64,000 nt of DNA from positions 128,001 to 192,000 of the forward strand of contig CAVXGR010000015.1 of the NCBI GenBank assembly GCA_963761335.1. The letters run 5' to 3'. The stretch is from an uncultured delta proteobacterium (GTDB lineage: Bacteria > Desulfobacterota > Binatia > HRBIN30 > BPIQ01). Positions 52,005-60,442 of this stretch are shown here, in pieces. Position 1 is the stretch's first letter. Every line of letters begins with the position of its first letter. Under the pieces are notes generated by a model. The model was given only the letters and a program-made list of their open reading frames with translations. It was not told where the DNA came from and did no database searches. Position numbers and translations under genes: made by a program.

Positions 52005-52838
52005 ATGGACTTGTACCCGCTCGGCTTCGAGGAGGACGATCGCCTGCGGTCTGCCTTCATCCGAGAGCTCACGCTGCAGCAGCTTGATCGCTCGGCGACT
52101 TCGAGCGCTGCCGGACTGGCCGAGTCGGCACTCATTCCCAAGACACTGATTCAGTACTGGCATGACCCGCGGGACGTACCGGACGACGTGTGCGCCTGCC
52201 TCAACAGCTGGGATCGACTTGGCGAGGAGGGCTTCGAGTTCCGAATGTTCAACGACGTATCGGCGGCCGCATACATTGCGGATGGGTACGGCGCGCGAGA
52301 GTGCGAGGCATTCGCGCGCTGCCGCCACCCGGCAATGCGCAGCGACTATCTGCGGATGTGCTTCGTGCTCGCGGAGGGTGGCCTCTACGTTGATGCGGAC
52401 GACGTGCTGCTGGGTGACGGCTGGAAATACATGTTCCGAAACGGCGGACTGAAGGTGCAGCCGCTGTCCTACGATATCCCGTCCAGCAGTATGGTGCCGG
52501 CCGCCGAGATTTGGCGAGCCGACTTGCCGACAGACGGACGCATCTTTTACGTAAACAACGATCCGATCGCGGCACCCGCCGACCATCCAGTTCTACGCCG
52601 GGCGCTCGCTCGTGCGACTGAGAGGCTACTCGGGGAGGATCGGCTCCCCAAGATCCAGTCGACGACTGGCCCCGGCAACTTCACCGCCGCCCTGGTCGCG
52701 CACGCGCGCGAGTTGAAGATCGCCGGCGCTCCTTTCGATTTTGAACTGCTACACGACTGGGAGGCCGTCGCGGAAACACGCTGGGAACTCTCCTACCGCC
52801 GCGATGCCCGCAACTGGCGTCACATGGACATCGGCTAA
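52005..52838 (+). CDS. Glycosyltransferase family 32 (DXD, Och1-like)
   Basis: Motifs IPKTLIQYW, AMRSDYLR...EGGLYVDADD and TTGPG. Confidence 0.8.
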   Translation: MDLYPLGFEEDDRLRSAFIRELTLQQLDRSATSSAAGLAESALIPKTLIQYWHDPRDVPDDVCACLNSWDRLGEEGFEFRMFNDVSAAAYIADGYGARECEAFARCRHPAMRSDYLRMCFVLAEGGLYVDADDVLLGDGWKYMFRNGGLKVQPLSYDIPSSSMVPAAEIWRADLPTDGRIFYVNNDPIAAPADHPVLRRALARATERLLGEDRLPKIQSTTGPGNFTAALVAHARELKIAGAPFDFELLHDWEAVAETRWELSYRRDARNWRHMDIG

Positions 52839-52866
52839 GTCCAAAAAATCGCGGCAGGACGATGCG

Positions 52867-54981
52867 ATGAATGTTCGCGAACCCACCGGCGCGCTGCGCA
52901 GGCTCGCATTTCGCATCGTGCGCGCCATAGCGAGCACTATTCCCGGTGGCCGGATGGCGGCCTTCGGCGCAGGCAACGACATGATCGGGTCGATCTTGGT
53001 CGTGAACCTCGACCGGCAACCAAGGCGATGGCGGCGCGTGCTTAGCGAGCTCGGCCGCTTTCGAACTTCAGACGGCGCTCCACTGACCTCAATCGTGCGG
53101 CGGTTCGCTGCCGTGGATGCTCGCGATGGCCGCGCCGTGGCGGCGACGGCCGACGTCGACCCGAATTACTGCATCGGAAACCAATTATATGTCCAGCCGG
53201 ATGCGAGGCTGGAGGAGTGCTTCGGCGTCGACGAACCAATCAGAATGACCCGCCAAGAGGTCGCGGTCGCGAGGTCGCACGTGGAAGTCTGGAAGACAGT
53301 TGTGACGGGACCCGACAAGTTCGTGCTGGTGCTTGAGGACGACGTCTGGTTCAGATGCGGCGCAGCAGTGGCGATCGACCGCGGCTGGCGTGCCGCCCTC
53401 CGACGCTGTCGTAATGAAGGTGGACCGCGTCTCCTCTACCTATCCTACGCGGATGCCGGAGGAACGGCAGAACGTGCCGACGTCTGTGACGCACTGTTTA
53501 GGCCGATACGGGGTCTCTGGTTCCTCTCCGGGTATGTGTTGTCGCGAGAGGGTGCGGCGGTACTCTTGCGAGCGATGCCGGTGGTCGGGCCCGTCGACAC
53601 GTGGGTCAACTATCGCTTCGAGGAACTGGGCGCCCTTGCGCTCTCCTCCCCTGCGATCCTGCAAAGGCGAGACAGCGCCTCTGACAACTCCTGCTCCGTC
53701 CTGCCGTACCTGGCGCGGGCGGGGATCGTCGATGCGGGCTCGGGTGTCATGCCGCCCGATGGGACGCGCGGTGGCCCGGTATTAGCTTGGACTGCCGGCG
53801 GCGAGCGGGAAGGCCTCGCTATGGCTTTGTCCATGCTGGGACTGCGGGTCCGGGCGTTCGATGGCGACGAGAAGGCGGTCCGAGCACAAGATCTCCCGAA
53901 CCTCTTCGAGGTGTTCGACGCCCTCGTCGACCCGCCGCTCACGCCGGGTGCTCTGTCTGCCGCGATCGCGAGGACGGACTCCAGGTTCCTCTTGGAGGCG
54001 AACGCGGCGTTCTGGTCCGAGATAGAGCCGGAGCGCCTGCCGCCATCACGGACCGCGGTTCTCTCGCACGACAGACCAGACACCGGATCGTGGGAGCCGC
54101 TCTGCGCCCTTCTCGGCCTCGCTGAGCCCGTTCAAACCTTCCCCGTCGGAGCTCCGAGAGGGTTGAGGGTCTTCCGGGACGATCGTCCGGACGCAGCGCG
54201 CCGGTCTGCCACGACCCTTTGGCGGAAGGATTGTCCGTTGGACGATTCGCCCTGGGTCCTCCCGCTACGGAGTGGCTGGCAGTCGAGGCCTCCCATAGGT
54301 CAGCCGGTTCGGCTCCCAGGAGAGCGCCTCGTTCACGCGGCGATGACGACGGCGACACCGTTGTTCCCTGAGCTAGTCGAGACCTTTCCGGGCAATCTGG
54401 CATCGTTCGCGAGAGAAGGCGTCATGTACAATGATGACGGCGTACATCTCGTTATCACCGAGGCTTCTGCTGGAAACAGGCCGTACCGTTCCGGCGCCTT
54501 CGCGTCCATGCGCTTCTTCGAGCACGGACGCTTCGCGGCGGAGATAAGGGCCGCTTCTGGTTCCGGACTCGTCACAGGCTTCTTCCTCCATCGAGACGCA
54601 CCACGACAGGAGATCGATGTCGAACTGGCCAGCGACGACCCGCGACGCATGCTGGTCAACGTCTACTTCAACCCCGGTGACGAAGGGGCGACAATAGGCT
54701 TTGGCTATCGGGGCTCGCCCTGCCGCATCGACCTTGGCTTCGACGCCACCTTGGACTTCCACCTCTACGCGATCGACTGGCGACCGGGCTACGTGGCGTG
54801 GTCAGTGGACGGCAGGATCGTCCACGAGCGGGTGGGTTGGGATCCCACTCCGCTTCCGCATCTTCCCATGCGCCTGCACGGCAACCTGTGGGCTCCCCGC
54901 TCCGAAGGACTCGCCGGCCGGATCGATAACGATGCCCTGCCTTTGACGGCAACGTTCAGAAACGTATCGGTGCGGGCCTGA
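52867..54981 (+). CDS. Fusion of GT25-like glycosyltransferase, degenerate sulfotransferase-like domain and GH16 glycoside hydrolase
   Basis: GT25: VNLDRQPRRW, ARSH..VW, LVLEDD, GYVLSREGA, GPVD. Sulfotransferase-like: LAMALSMLG, WEPLCALLG..P...FP. GH16: EIDVE, DFHLYAIDW, PMRLHGNLW. Confidence 0.75.
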   Translation: MNVREPTGALRRLAFRIVRAIASTIPGGRMAAFGAGNDMIGSILVVNLDRQPRRWRRVLSELGRFRTSDGAPLTSIVRRFAAVDARDGRAVAATADVDPNYCIGNQLYVQPDARLEECFGVDEPIRMTRQEVAVARSHVEVWKTVVTGPDKFVLVLEDDVWFRCGAAVAIDRGWRAALRRCRNEGGPRLLYLSYADAGGTAERADVCDALFRPIRGLWFLSGYVLSREGAAVLLRAMPVVGPVDTWVNYRFEELGALALSSPAILQRRDSASDNSCSVLPYLARAGIVDAGSGVMPPDGTRGGPVLAWTAGGEREGLAMALSMLGLRVRAFDGDEKAVRAQDLPNLFEVFDALVDPPLTPGALSAAIARTDSRFLLEANAAFWSEIEPERLPPSRTAVLSHDRPDTGSWEPLCALLGLAEPVQTFPVGAPRGLRVFRDDRPDAARRSATTLWRKDCPLDDSPWVLPLRSGWQSRPPIGQPVRLPGERLVHAAMTTATPLFPELVETFPGNLASFAREGVMYNDDGVHLVITEASAGNRPYRSGAFASMRFFEHGRFAAEIRAASGSGLVTGFFLHRDAPRQEIDVELASDDPRRMLVNVYFNPGDEGATIGFGYRGSPCRIDLGFDATLDFHLYAIDWRPGYVAWSVDGRIVHERVGWDPTPLPHLPMRLHGNLWAPRSEGLAGRIDNDALPLTATFRNVSVRA

Positions 54982-55010
54982 ATCTGTGGGCGTATCTTTG
55001 ACGTGTGTGA

Positions 55011-55119
55011 ATTGGCCGGGGTCGGACCTCCATAAGTGTTCGATATCCCGGGACTTCACTTCAAATTCGGGGCTCATTTCGATCTAAACCCCGCCATTTC
55101 GAGGCCGGAATGGCGGCTG
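55011..55119 (+). repeat. ~110-bp imperfect direct repeat, copy 1
   Basis: Aligns with 56812-56920; includes TAAGTGTTCGAT and a ccgccattt-cgagg-ggaatggcg hairpin. Confidence 0.85.
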
Positions 55120-55220
55120 TAGGGAGCGTTGGGGTCGTGCAGGACTTGGAAGTCAGCCGCAAGAATCGACCTGTGATACGTGACGCCTCCTGTAACTTGC
55201 CGCTGCAGCCGACGCGGGCG

Positions 55221-55289
55221 CGGAAGACTCGACAAGCAGATATCGATTTGGCGGCAGAGCGGTACAAGATGATTGGAGATCGACGATGA
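55221..55289 (+). pseudogene. C-terminal remnant of a HigB/RelE (Gp49-like) toxin
   Basis: RKTRQADIDLAAERYKMIGDRR* ends in an ATGA overlap with the HTH gene. Confidence 0.55.
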
Positions 55290-55585
55290 AGCAGTCCAAA
55301 GGCAGGGAGCATACGGGTCGTAGCGGCGGCAACGTGTTTCTCGAACTCGGCTTCCCACCACATCAGGCGGCGGTGATGCTCCTACGCTACGAGATGGCGG
55401 AAGCCCTGCGCAAGTGGATGGACCGCGAAGGTTGCACGCAGGCGCAAGCAGCCAAACGGCCGGGGGTCTCGCAGCCCCGCATTTCGGAGATCGCGCGTAA
55501 AAACGTGGACAAGCTTTCTCTCGACTACTTGGTGGGTCTGTGCGCGAAGGCCGGAGTTCCGGTGAAGGTGAACTTGGCAGCATGA
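55286..55585 (+). CDS. XRE-family HTH protein (HigA-like antitoxin)
   Basis: Motifs SGGNVFLELGF, TQAQAAK..GVSQPRISE and LSLDYL. Confidence 0.85.
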   Translation: MKQSKGREHTGRSGGNVFLELGFPPHQAAVMLLRYEMAEALRKWMDREGCTQAQAAKRPGVSQPRISEIARKNVDKLSLDYLVGLCAKAGVPVKVNLAA

Positions 55586-55765
55586 GCGAATGCCGAAGCA
55601 GTGCGCCATGAGCCTTGCGGCTCGCCAGTAGACGATGAAAATGGACGCTCGGCGGGTACCGGTATGCCGGAGGGCTCCCGTACCTCGGCGCCCGTGACGC
55701 TAGCCGGGGGTTTCAACCCCCGGCGCCGGCGCCCGTCTTCTGCGGTCCTGCGGACGTTCCTGGGC

Positions 55766-56094
55766 GAAGTTCGCCCCAGAGGGGCGGCGGCATGTAGCCC
55801 GGGTGAAACCCGGAAGAATGCGCGCTCCGTCAGGCGCGCCCCGCCAGGGGCGTGGGCAAGTTTTCGTCGATGTCACGCCTGTACGCCGATGATCACCGCT
55901 GGGTGCGTGGGGAGCTCATCGAGATGATTCACGCGGCCTCTACGCCTGCGCCCCTGCGGGGCGCTGATCTGGGCCAATCGGAACGCGGTCCCCGGGTTGA
56001 CACCCGGGGCTACATGCCTGCGCCCCTCCGGGGCGATAAGTCTCCACGCCAGGCGCCGGGGCGCCGCCAGACCTTCACCCAACAGATTTTCGAA
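55766..56094. repeat. REP-doublet element, copy 2 (inverted relative to 36586-36922)
   Basis: Direct reverse-complement alignment. Confidence 0.85.
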
Positions 56095-56151
56095 CCAGGC
56101 CTTCCAGGCGACGCTCGAAGGACGCGCGCGGCTGAAGGCGAGACGTTCGGT
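56089..56151 (+). other. attC-like site
   Basis: ttcgAAC-caggccttcCaggcg...cggctgaaggcgagac-GTTcggt. Confidence 0.6.
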
Positions 56152-56197
56152 GGAACCCGCGTGGTCTGCTACCTTGCCACTACAGGAGGAGCTTGGA

Positions 56198-56431
56198 ATG
56201 GATACGCCCTTTGACGAAATCGTGGCCAGCGCAATGAAGCTGTCTGACAAGGAACGTGCGCGCCTTGCGCAGGAGCTCATCGCCAGCCTGGATGCGGAGA
56301 TCGAACCGGATGTCGAAGGGCTCTGGCTCGCCGAGGCAGAGCGTCGCCTCGAAGAGCTGCGGTCGGGCAAGACCCATGGGGTGCCAGCGAAGGAGGCTTT
56401 CGCGAAAGCGCGTCGCGCCCTCCGGCGATGA
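56198..56431 (+). CDS. Addiction-module antitoxin (TIGR02574-like)
   Basis: LSDKERARLAQELIASLD...WLAEAERRLEE; GGAG RBS. Confidence 0.85.
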   Translation: MDTPFDEIVASAMKLSDKERARLAQELIASLDAEIEPDVEGLWLAEAERRLEELRSGKTHGVPAKEAFAKARRALRR

Positions 56432-56724
56432 AGGTCGTCTTCCACGAGGAGGCGCTGGACGAAATGTTGGGATCGGCCTCGTATTACGAGGAGAGGGTCG
56501 AGGGGCTCGGCTGGGATTTTCTGAAGACGGTGGAACAGACGACGGAACGAATCCTGGCCTCGCCCGAAGCTGGCCCGATCGCACGCGGCACGGTACGAAA
56601 GCGACTCGTCGCGGGCTTCCCATTCACGTTGCTTTACTCCATCGAACCGCGTCAGATCTTCATTGTGGCGGTTGCGCACCAGAGCCGACGCCCCGGCTAC
56701 TGGCTGAAGCGCGTTCGTCAGTGA
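56428..56724 (+). CDS. RelE/ParE-family toxin
   Basis: Motifs FHEEALDE, GLG.DFL, FPFTLLY and VAVAHQSRRPGYW. Confidence 0.88.
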   Translation: MKVVFHEEALDEMLGSASYYEERVEGLGWDFLKTVEQTTERILASPEAGPIARGTVRKRLVAGFPFTLLYSIEPRQIFIVAVAHQSRRPGYWLKRVRQ

Positions 56725-56739
56725 CTGATGTCTCTCCAC

Positions 56740-56801
56740 GCCGAACAAGGGCATGCACGCGACGCGCAAAAGAGCGCACGCGTGATGCCTGGGCGTTAGG
56801 C
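56740..56801 (+). other. attC site
   Basis: GCCGAAC-aagggcatGcacgcg...cgcgtgatgcctgggc-GTTAGGC, 62 bp, just after the toxin stop. Confidence 0.85.
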
Positions 56802-56811
56802 GACTTCTAGG

Positions 56812-56920
56812 ATTGGGCGGGGTCGGACCTCTGTAAGTGGTTGATATCCTGAGACTCCACTTCAAATCCAAGGCTCATTTCGCGCTAAGACCCGCCATTT
56901 CGAGGTCGGAATGGCGTCTG
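56812..56920 (+). repeat. ~110-bp imperfect direct repeat, copy 2
   Basis: Aligns with 55011-55119; includes GTAAGTGGTTGAT. Confidence 0.85.
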
Positions 56921-56973
56921 TTCTGTAAGGAGGGTGACACAGAGCACTCCATGAGCACTCCATCGCGACCCCC

Positions 56974-58209
56974 TCAGTCGCTGGGGCGGAGCGGATAGCC
57001 CTCCCAGCGCGCCAGGACGGCGGCGCCGACCATGTCGCTCCAGACGTTGACGCTGGTGCGGCACATGTCGAGGACGCGATCGACGGCGAGGATCAGGCCG
57101 ACGCCTTCGAGCGGCAGGCCGACGGCGCGCAGCACGATGGTCATCATCACCAGACCGGCCATCGGTATTCCGGCGGCGCCGATGGACGCCAGCAGCGCCG
57201 TCAGCAGCACCAGGATCTGCTTGTCCAGGCCCAGCGGAATGCCATAGGCCTGCGAGATGAACAGCACCGCGACGCCCTCGTAGAGAGCTGTGCCATCCAT
57301 GTTCACCGTGGCTCCCAGCGGCAACACGAAGGAGCTGATCTGATTGGGTACGCCGGCGCGCTTTTCCACACACTCGAGAGTCAGCGGCAGGGTGGCCGAG
57401 CTGGAGGCCGTGGAGAACGCCGTGGCCAGCGCCGGGGCGACGGCGCGGACGTAGGTCGGTGGCCAGACGCGACCGAGCAGGAAGAGGATCAGCGGCAGCG
57501 TGATCAGGGCGTGCACCGCCAGGCTGACGGTCACCGTGAGCATGTACAGCAGCAGCGGCGGGAAGGCGTCGAAGCCGGTGCTGCCGACGATTCCGGCCAT
57601 GAGCGCGAAGACGCCGATGGGCGCCAGGCGGATGATGAAGTCGGTGATCAGCATCATCAGGTCGAACACCGCCTGCATGATCTCGGTGATCACCCGGCGC
57701 CCCGGATGCGCAAGGCGGATGGTGAACAAGCCGACGAGCAGGGCGAAGAAGATGATCGCCAGGACATTGCCCTGCGCCATGGCGGCGATGGGGTTGTCGG
57801 GAATGATTCCGAGGAGGGTGTCGCCGAGACGCTCCGGAGACAGGTTCACATTTGCCGGCGCGGCGTGAAGCGGCAGATGGGCGCCGACGCCCGGGGCGAT
57901 CAGGTTGACGGCCACCAGACCGGTGATGATCGCGGCGGCGCTGGTGGCGACGTAGTAGGTGAGCGCCTTCAGGCCCATGCGGCCGACGCTCGAGGCGTCA
58001 CCCAGGCCGCTGACGCCGACCACGAGAGACGAGAAGATCAGCGGCACGATCACCATGCGCAACAGGCGCAGGAAGATGTCCCCGAGGGGCTGGAGGTAAC
58101 GGACGTCGTCTCCGAGGACGGCGCCGGCGAGCATGCCCGCCGCCATGGCGACCAGGATCTGCCAGTGAAGCTGCCGGTACCAGGCGGCGGAGGTGCGCTG
58201 GGTGTCCAT
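56974..58209 (-). CDS. Dicarboxylate/amino acid:cation symporter (DAACS, GltP-like)
   Basis: Motifs FLRLLRMVIVPLIF, AFSTASSSATLP, LPLGATVNMDGTAL and DRVLDMCRT.VNV. Confidence 0.95.
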   Translation of the reverse strand: MDTQRTSAAWYRQLHWQILVAMAAGMLAGAVLGDDVRYLQPLGDIFLRLLRMVIVPLIFSSLVVGVSGLGDASSVGRMGLKALTYYVATSAAAIITGLVAVNLIAPGVGAHLPLHAAPANVNLSPERLGDTLLGIIPDNPIAAMAQGNVLAIIFFALLVGLFTIRLAHPGRRVITEIMQAVFDLMMLITDFIIRLAPIGVFALMAGIVGSTGFDAFPPLLLYMLTVTVSLAVHALITLPLILFLLGRVWPPTYVRAVAPALATAFSTASSSATLPLTLECVEKRAGVPNQISSFVLPLGATVNMDGTALYEGVAVLFISQAYGIPLGLDKQILVLLTALLASIGAAGIPMAGLVMMTIVLRAVGLPLEGVGLILAVDRVLDMCRTSVNVWSDMVGAAVLARWEGYPLRPSD

Positions 58210-58356
58210 GCCGTCTTCCTCTGGGCGCTTTCCATATCCGCGCGACGGCGCGAAGGGAAACGGGCGGGCTCGGGGACGACTGCTCCGGTAGGTAGAGTTC
58301 CCCGACGCCGGCTATCGACAAGCACGATTGTGGTCAGTCCGGTCGTTGCGGGCATG

Positions 58357-58470
58357 CGCCCCCTCTCCCGCATTGCCTGCGGGAGAGGGCTGTGAAGATC
58401 CGTGGGCTTTCAGTGAGAAAGGGACCCCTCTCCTTAGTCCTCTCCCCGCGGAAATGCGGGGAGAGGGGAC
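58357..58470. repeat. CCCTCTCCC/GGGAGAGGG double-hairpin repeat, copy 2
   Basis: Inverted relative to 38736-38855. Confidence 0.75.
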
Positions 58471-58601
58471 TTGGCGCGGCGGCGCGGAAATCAATCGCAA
58501 GCGTCACTTGGGACAGTCCTCTCCGGCGCCCGGCGGTTGACGCGATCGGTGTTCCGTGTCCAAACACGGAACATGGGTCCTCGCGTCCAAACGAGGCCGG
58601 C

Positions 58602-60074
58602 ATGCTGAAGAGACTGCTGAGGCCGCTGCTCCTGGCGCTCGCCATCGTTGCCGGCGTGGTGCTGTTCCGCGCCAGAGATTTTCGCTCCAAGCAGGTATCG
58701 GTGGCGTCGGCAGAGCTGCCGACCGTCGACGGCCAGGCGGCTGCGGAGCGCCTGGCGGGGGCGCTGCGTTTCCGCACCATCTCCAATCAGGATCCGGCGG
58801 CCCTCGACGCCGCCGCCTTCGAGGGCCTGCGCCACTACCTGGAGGAGCAGTTTCCTCTGGTCCACGCGCAGCTGCGGCACGAGGTGGTGAACGGCCACAG
58901 CCTTCTCTACACGTGGACGGGCAGCAAGCCGGAGCTCGCACCGGTATTGCTGCTGGCGCACCAGGACGTCGTCCCGGTCGAGCCGGGGACGGAGGGCAAG
59001 TGGAGCTATCCGCCGTTCGGCGGCCGCATCGCCGACGGCTTCGTCTGGGGGCGCGGTGCGCTCGACGACAAGCTGAGCCTGCTCGGCATTCTCGAAGCGG
59101 TAGAGCTGCTGCTGAAGGGCGGTTTCCATCCGACCCGCACCTTCTATCTCGCCTTCGGATACGACGAGGAGATCGGCGGCGAGCAGGGCGCGGCGCACCT
59201 TGCGGCGTTGCTGCAGTCGCGCCGCGTCCATCCCGGGTACGTGCTGGACGAGGGCGGCGCGATCGTGCAGGGCGGGGTGCCCGGAGTGGCGGTGCCCGTG
59301 GCGCTGATCGGGATTGCCGAGAAGGGCAATGTCAGCGTCGAGCTCACCGTGCGGGCCGAGGGGGGTCATTCCTCGGCACCGCCCGCACATACGGCGATCG
59401 GCGCGCTGAGCACGGCAATTCACCGGCTCGAGCGGCATCAGATGCCCACGCACTTGCGCGGCGGCACCCGAGAGCTCTTCGAGTACGTCGGTCCGGAGAT
59501 GTCCTTCGGCTATCGCATGCTGTTCGCCAACATGTGGCTGTTCGGCGGGCTCGTCCGGTATGAGCTCGCCGGTACGCCGGCGACCAACGCCACTCTGCGC
59601 ACGACCACGGCGGCGACCATGATCAATGGGGGCATCAAGGAGAACGTCCTGCCGAGCTCGGCGACGGCGGTGGTGAATTTTCGCATCCTTCCCGGCGATA
59701 CCATTCAGAGCGTCGTGCAGCACGTGCGCGACGTCGTCGACGATCCCACCATCGCGCTGCGTACACTCGATGGAGCGCAGGAGCCGACGGGCGAATCCCC
59801 TACTGGCGCCCCGAGCTTCTCGCTCTTGCAGCGGACCATCTCGCAGGTGTTTCCCGACGTCATCGTCTCGCCGTACCTCACCCCTGGAGGGACGGACGCG
59901 AGGAACTATACGGGGCTGACCTCCAATATCTACCGTTTCATTCCCTTTCTCGCCGACCGCTCGGACCTGGCGCGGATGCACGGGACGAACGAGCGCGTGT
60001 CCATCGACAACTACGAGCGCGGTATCCGCTTCTATGCGCAGCTGATCCGCAACTCGGGGTCGGTGCACCGATGA
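58602..60074 (+). CDS. M20-family peptidase (carboxypeptidase S / PM20D1-like)
   Basis: Motifs AHQDVVP, WGRGALDDK, DEEIGG, GGHSS.PP, GGTD and HGTNER; N-terminal TM segment. Confidence 0.92.
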   Translation: MLKRLLRPLLLALAIVAGVVLFRARDFRSKQVSVASAELPTVDGQAAAERLAGALRFRTISNQDPAALDAAAFEGLRHYLEEQFPLVHAQLRHEVVNGHSLLYTWTGSKPELAPVLLLAHQDVVPVEPGTEGKWSYPPFGGRIADGFVWGRGALDDKLSLLGILEAVELLLKGGFHPTRTFYLAFGYDEEIGGEQGAAHLAALLQSRRVHPGYVLDEGGAIVQGGVPGVAVPVALIGIAEKGNVSVELTVRAEGGHSSAPPAHTAIGALSTAIHRLERHQMPTHLRGGTRELFEYVGPEMSFGYRMLFANMWLFGGLVRYELAGTPATNATLRTTTAATMINGGIKENVLPSSATAVVNFRILPGDTIQSVVQHVRDVVDDPTIALRTLDGAQEPTGESPTGAPSFSLLQRTISQVFPDVIVSPYLTPGGTDARNYTGLTSNIYRFIPFLADRSDLARMHGTNERVSIDNYERGIRFYAQLIRNSGSVHR

Positions 60075-60442
60075 AGGTGCTGCTCGTCGAGGACGAACCG
60101 ATCCCGCTGATGGCGATGGAGCGGTATCTGGGCGGCAGGGGCTTCGAGGTGCGCGCCGCGTCCACTGCCGTCGAGGCGGTGTCGATCGCCGCCGAGTTTC
60201 AGCCGGACGTGTTGGTGGCGGACTGGCTGCTCGAAGACGGTCCCAGCGGCTTGGAGGCCGCGCAGCAGATTGTCGGGCAGCGCCCGCAGGTGCGGGTGGT
60301 ATTCGTCACCGGCGTGCCTCCGCATCAGGTGCGCGAGCAATCGCGTTCGCTGCCATGGGTGCTGATTGTGGAGAAGCCTTGCTCGCTGCGGGAGCTGGAG
60401 ACCCGTCTTTGCGAGATTCGCGACCGCGACGCCGGCAGCTGA
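60071..60442 (+). CDS. Single-domain response regulator
   Basis: Motifs VLLVEDE, PDVLVAD, VTG and KP. Confidence 0.88.
   Translation: MKVLLVEDEPIPLMAMERYLGGRGFEVRAASTAVEAVSIAAEFQPDVLVADWLLEDGPSGLEAAQQIVGQRPQVRVVFVTGVPPHQVREQSRSLPWVLIVEKPCSLRELETRLCEIRDRDAGS

Noticed and set aside
55852..56214. ORFs sharing the peptide MSRLYADDHRWVRG here and at 36360-36884
   Set aside because: The shared peptide reflects the repeated REP element; frames diverge between the copies, so coding function is unsupported.
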